Source: Leucoraja ocellata (taxonomy: Eukaryota). Taken from it: a stretch of 64,000 bases of DNA. The notes beneath the pieces are model-generated. The model saw only the letters and a program-made list of their open reading frames with translations, did not search any database and was not told the DNA's origin. This document shows, one piece after another, positions 59,856 through 64,000 of the stretch. Every line of letters begins with the position of its first letter. Position 1 is the first letter of the stretch. The position numbers were made by a program, and so were the translations under genes. The stretch spans positions 3,534,001 through 3,598,000 of the forward strand of contig JAWMAR010000203.1 of NCBI GenBank assembly GCA_036785375.1, given 5' to 3'.

Positions 59856-62800
59856 TGTACCTCCAGTTTAGTGTGTTGCTAATTAATGGGCCTCTAGCAT
59901 TCCCACTGTTTGATGTTGACACCATCTTCATGTGTAATTGTGCTGCTACCGGAGAGTCGGAGGCTCTCTACAGGTCTGTGGACGGCGGCGCCGGGAGCCC
60001 ACGGCTCCTTGGAAGGAGACCGCTTCTCAGGGCTCCTGCAACGGCGACTTCTCCCGCCCGAGTTGCGGGGTTGAAGAGCTCCTGGAGCGGGGCCTGACAC
60101 CACTGCCCCGCGCGGCTGGAATGGCCGCGGACTCTGCGAGCGCACACCGGGGGCTCCAACATCAAGACCCGGTGTGCGACCTCGCACCACCCGGCGTGGC
60201 TTTAATGGCCGCGGGACAATCGCCATCGCCAGCCGGGGGCTATGACTCTGACTCTGACATCGGGGGGGGGAGAGTGCAGTGGAGAGATAAGTTTATTTGG
60301 CCTTCCATCACAGCTATGTGATGGATGTTTATGTTAAATGTAATTATTGTTGTGTCTGGGGTCTATTTGTATGTAATGTATGGCTGCAGAAACGGCATTT
60401 CGTTTGGACCTCCAGGGGTCCAAATGACAATTAAATTGACTCTCTGACTCTCTCTCTGACTCTCTCTAATTGTTGAACTACATCTATTAGGCCAAGTAAC
60501 TGGAGAGTCTGAATTAGGTCAACATCAACAATTTGTTTGTATTGGTCAGGTGACCATCTTAATTAGGTCAACATGGACTCTGCTGTTTCTCTTAATTGTG
60601 TCAGACCTTGATGCATCAACATCTAAAAGTCTTCATGACTATTATTGTTTCCTTTGATCATATCAAAAGGATGGGTAAAGTGTGCTAGAAACATGATGCA
60701 AAAACACTCTGTTATCAACCTGCACATAATCCATACTTGTCCATTCCCTGTGTATCCATGTGCCTGTCTAAACATTTCTTCAACGCCATTATTGTATCTG
60801 CCTTTGCAGTGTGTTCCAGGTGCTCACTACCCTCTGTGTAAAAAAAAACACGTCTGCACATCTCCTTTAAACATTGGCCTCTCACCTTAAAGCTTTGCCC
60901 TCTAGTATTTGATTTTTCCAATCTATGCTTCTCATAACTTTATTAATTTTAACCTAAATATCAATAACAGAACACAGATCAGTACAGCACGAGAACAGGC
61001 CCTTCAGCCCACAATGTCTGTGCAGAACATGATGCCAAGGTAAACTAATCTCCTTAGCCTACATGTAATCCATATCCCTTCTCTTGCTGCATGTCCATGT
61101 GCCTATGTAAATACCGGTATTCCCATTAATTGTATCTTAAATGCCACTATTGCACCTGCCTCCACCACCACCCCTGGCAGCATGTTCCGCGCACCCATTA
61201 CCCTCTGCATAAAACAAAACCCAGCCCCGCATATCTCCCTTAAACTTTTGTCAGAGGTTCAGTAAAAATCTTACTATATATCAGCACGTTCGTGCTTCAG
61301 TTCAAGAGTGTAAGAATATTGCACTGAGTCGCCATGTTTCTGGCGCCATCCTGTATCGTTCAAGATCACCGTTTAGCCAAGTTAATTATTGTCACACGTA
61401 CACATACAGTAAAAAGCTTTCCTTGCATGCTAACCAGTCAGCGGAAAATCTATGCATGATTATAGCTGTGAAAAGCTATATCAAGCCATCCACAGTGCAC
61501 AGATACAGGATAAAGGCTATAATGTTTAGTGCAAGATAAAGTCCAGTAAAGTCAGTTTAAAGATGGTCCAAGGGTCTCCAATGAGGTTGATGGTACCACA
61601 GGACTACTCTCTAGTTAGTGAGAGGACGGTTCAGTCACCTGATAACAGCTGGGACGAAACAGAAACTGTGAATTGTCAAAAATGTTAGTGCCTTAACTTG
61701 GCCATAAAAGCCTGTTGTCATTTGTCCCCTCACATTAAAACTATAGCCTTTCTAGTCTTTTATATTTCTACTCTGAGACAAGATTCTGACTGTCTACCCC
61801 ATCTCTGCCTCTCAGACCATCATCTACTTCTATCAGGTTTCCCCTCAGCCTCTGGTGGTCCAGAAAAAACAATCCAAATTTGTCCAATTATAGTTTTATG
61901 CATCTCTAATCTTGGAAGGGTTCTTCTGCTCTGTTGAAAACCTGAGGTTGGCATTTTGGGCCTTGATAGTGCCTATCCATCATGATTCAGAATGCAGGTT
62001 TGAACATGAACTGTAAGTCACCTACGGAACAGCAGATTCAACAGAATAAGTGACATTACAGGGTTAATTATCTGAGCTCCCACCAAAGCTACATTGACAA
62101 CTACACAGTGTTTAATTTGTGTGGCACAGTGGCACAGCTGGTAGAACGACTGCCTCACAGCCCCATGGACCAGGGTTCAATCCTGACTTCAGGTGCTGTC
62201 TGTGTTGAGTTTGTACATTCTCTATGTGACCATGGATTTCCTCTGAGTGCTCCGGTTACCTCCCACATCCTAAAGCCGTGCAGGTTTGTAGGTTACTTTG
62301 CCTCTGTAAATTGCTCCCTAGTGTGTAGTGAATGGGGAAAGTGGTATAACTAGGCCATTCGGCCCATCAAGTTTGCTCCGCCATTTGATCATGCCCGATC
62401 TAGTTTTCCCTCGACCCCATTCTCCAGCCTTCTCCCAATAACCGTTGATTCAAGAACCTGTCATTCTCTGCTTTAAAAATACCCGTAACAAAGACCTGTT
62501 TAAGAAGGAACTGCAGATGCTGGAAAATCAAAGGTAGACAAAAATGCTGGAGAATCTCAGCAGGTGAGGCAGCATCTAGGAGCAAAGGAAATTGGCAATG
62601 TTTTGGGCCTGAAAAAGGGTCTCGACCCGAAACGTTGCCTATTTCCTTTGCTCCATAGATGCTGCCTCACCCGCTGAGTGTCTCCAGCATTTTTGTCTTC
62701 CCATAACAGGACCTAATGTGAATGGGTGATCGATGGTCGGCGTGGACTCGATGGGCCGAAAGGCCTATTTCCACGCTGTACCTTTCAATAAATCAATCAA

Positions 62801-62864
62801 TCAATTTTAAAGTCAGTCATAAAAAGTGTTTGTGCTATGTTTGCAAGATGATCAGCCATGATCA

Positions 62865-63850
62865 CAATAATAATAATAATAATAATAAATTTTATTTATT
62901 GGGTGCCTTTCAGACATCTCAAGGCCACCTTACATAGATTAACAGGAATATAAACATATAATCAGAGTAAAATAAATAATAAAGACATCACAGAGACACA
63001 AACTAAAAACAGAATTCAGTCCAAAAACAGAAAATCAAAAACACAATGTGAAGAGAGAGCAGCGGCAGCCAAAGCGCACCAGCGTCCACTCTCCCTTCAC
63101 GGCAGCCATCTTGGACACAGACTAACAGGATTACGTACAGACAAAAAAATCATCCCCCCACAATGGATACCACTGTGGGGGAAGACACAATGTCCAGTCC
63201 CCAACCCCAAGTTCACCCAAAGTCAGGCCTATTGAGGCCACCACAGTTGCCTCCACGGAGGCCCGATGTTCCTGGCCTTTCTCACCGGGTGGTCTTGTCC
63301 CGGCGTCGGGAGAATCCTCTCAGCGGCTGGGCCACCTGGAACGGCCGCTTTCTAGCTGGGGACCGCGGCTTCCGAAGTCGACAAGGCTGCGCCGGTTTGG
63401 AGCTCCCAGGCTCCCGATGTTGAAATCGGCGCCGCCCGCTCCGCTCCGCAGACCCGCAGCCCGGAGGTGTTGAACTCGGCGGTCTCAGCTCACCGGAACT
63501 CCAGCGCATCGCTCCAGCGCGGCAACCCAGGCAAGGCATCGCCCGCTCCGCTCCGCAATAGCGCTCCAGCGCTGTGCTGCCACCGAGGCCGAGGTGCTGG
63601 GCAGTCCCCACCAGTAAACGGCGCTCCAAGCCCGCTGGTAGGCCACGAGGACGGGTCGACGGGCAGCCCGGAGTAAAAGCTGCCTCACCGACCAGGTAGG
63701 GACCTAGAAATAAAATTGCCCCCTACCCCTCACATTAACAAGTCCATTTCCCCAAACGGACGAGACAGGACTAACTAAAAACTTTTTTTAAAAAGGCGAG
63801 TTTAACGGACGGCAGCTGGTTAGCAGCCGTTCTTGCAAGATGGCTCCTCC
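62865..63850 (-). mobile_element. GC-rich non-autonomous LINE-derived element with a (taa)n tail, inserted in a CR1 3' UTR
   Basis: The flanks gatcagccatgatcacaat and acaatgaatggcggtgc rejoin as a CR1 tail with acaat duplicated. Confidence 0.65.
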
Positions 63851-64000
63851 TCGAACAATGAATGGCGGTGCTGGCTCGAAGGGCCGAATGGTCTCCTGCA
63901 CCTATTTTCTATGTTTCCATGTTTCTGTGCCAAACAAGCTAAAAATGGACCTCTGCATATTGCTATACTGCTGAAGACATCGCCTATCCATGTCTTCCAG

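Overview
Repeat-dense vertebrate genomic DNA with two assembly gaps. The CR1, L1, Penelope and HE1-like SINE content points to a cartilaginous fish such as a skate or ray (inference). The main feature is a six-exon gene on the + strand (32103-52420) that the ORF track misses. I assembled it by hand from phase-compatible GT-AG junctions into a 331-aa type I membrane protein. Its parts are a leader, a germline-joined VJ-type Ig domain (NKp30-like, ending TGNGTTLHI), a C1-set Ig domain, an uncharged TM segment, and a tail with an ITIM (LHYAPV) and an ITSM (TEYAIL) 25 residues apart. This is a non-rearranging, antigen-receptor-like inhibitory receptor. Two possible exons of a convergent minus-strand gene with a YxxL motif interleave with its 3' end. 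The rest is layered transposon sequence: a decayed CxxH-type DDE transposase split by two tandem AT-duplicating MITEs (one a near-perfect 738-bp hairpin), Penelope-derived repeats carrying hammerhead ribozyme cores, a Helitron nested in CR1, a twin-primed L1, ERV integrase/env/LTR relics and a THAP remnant.
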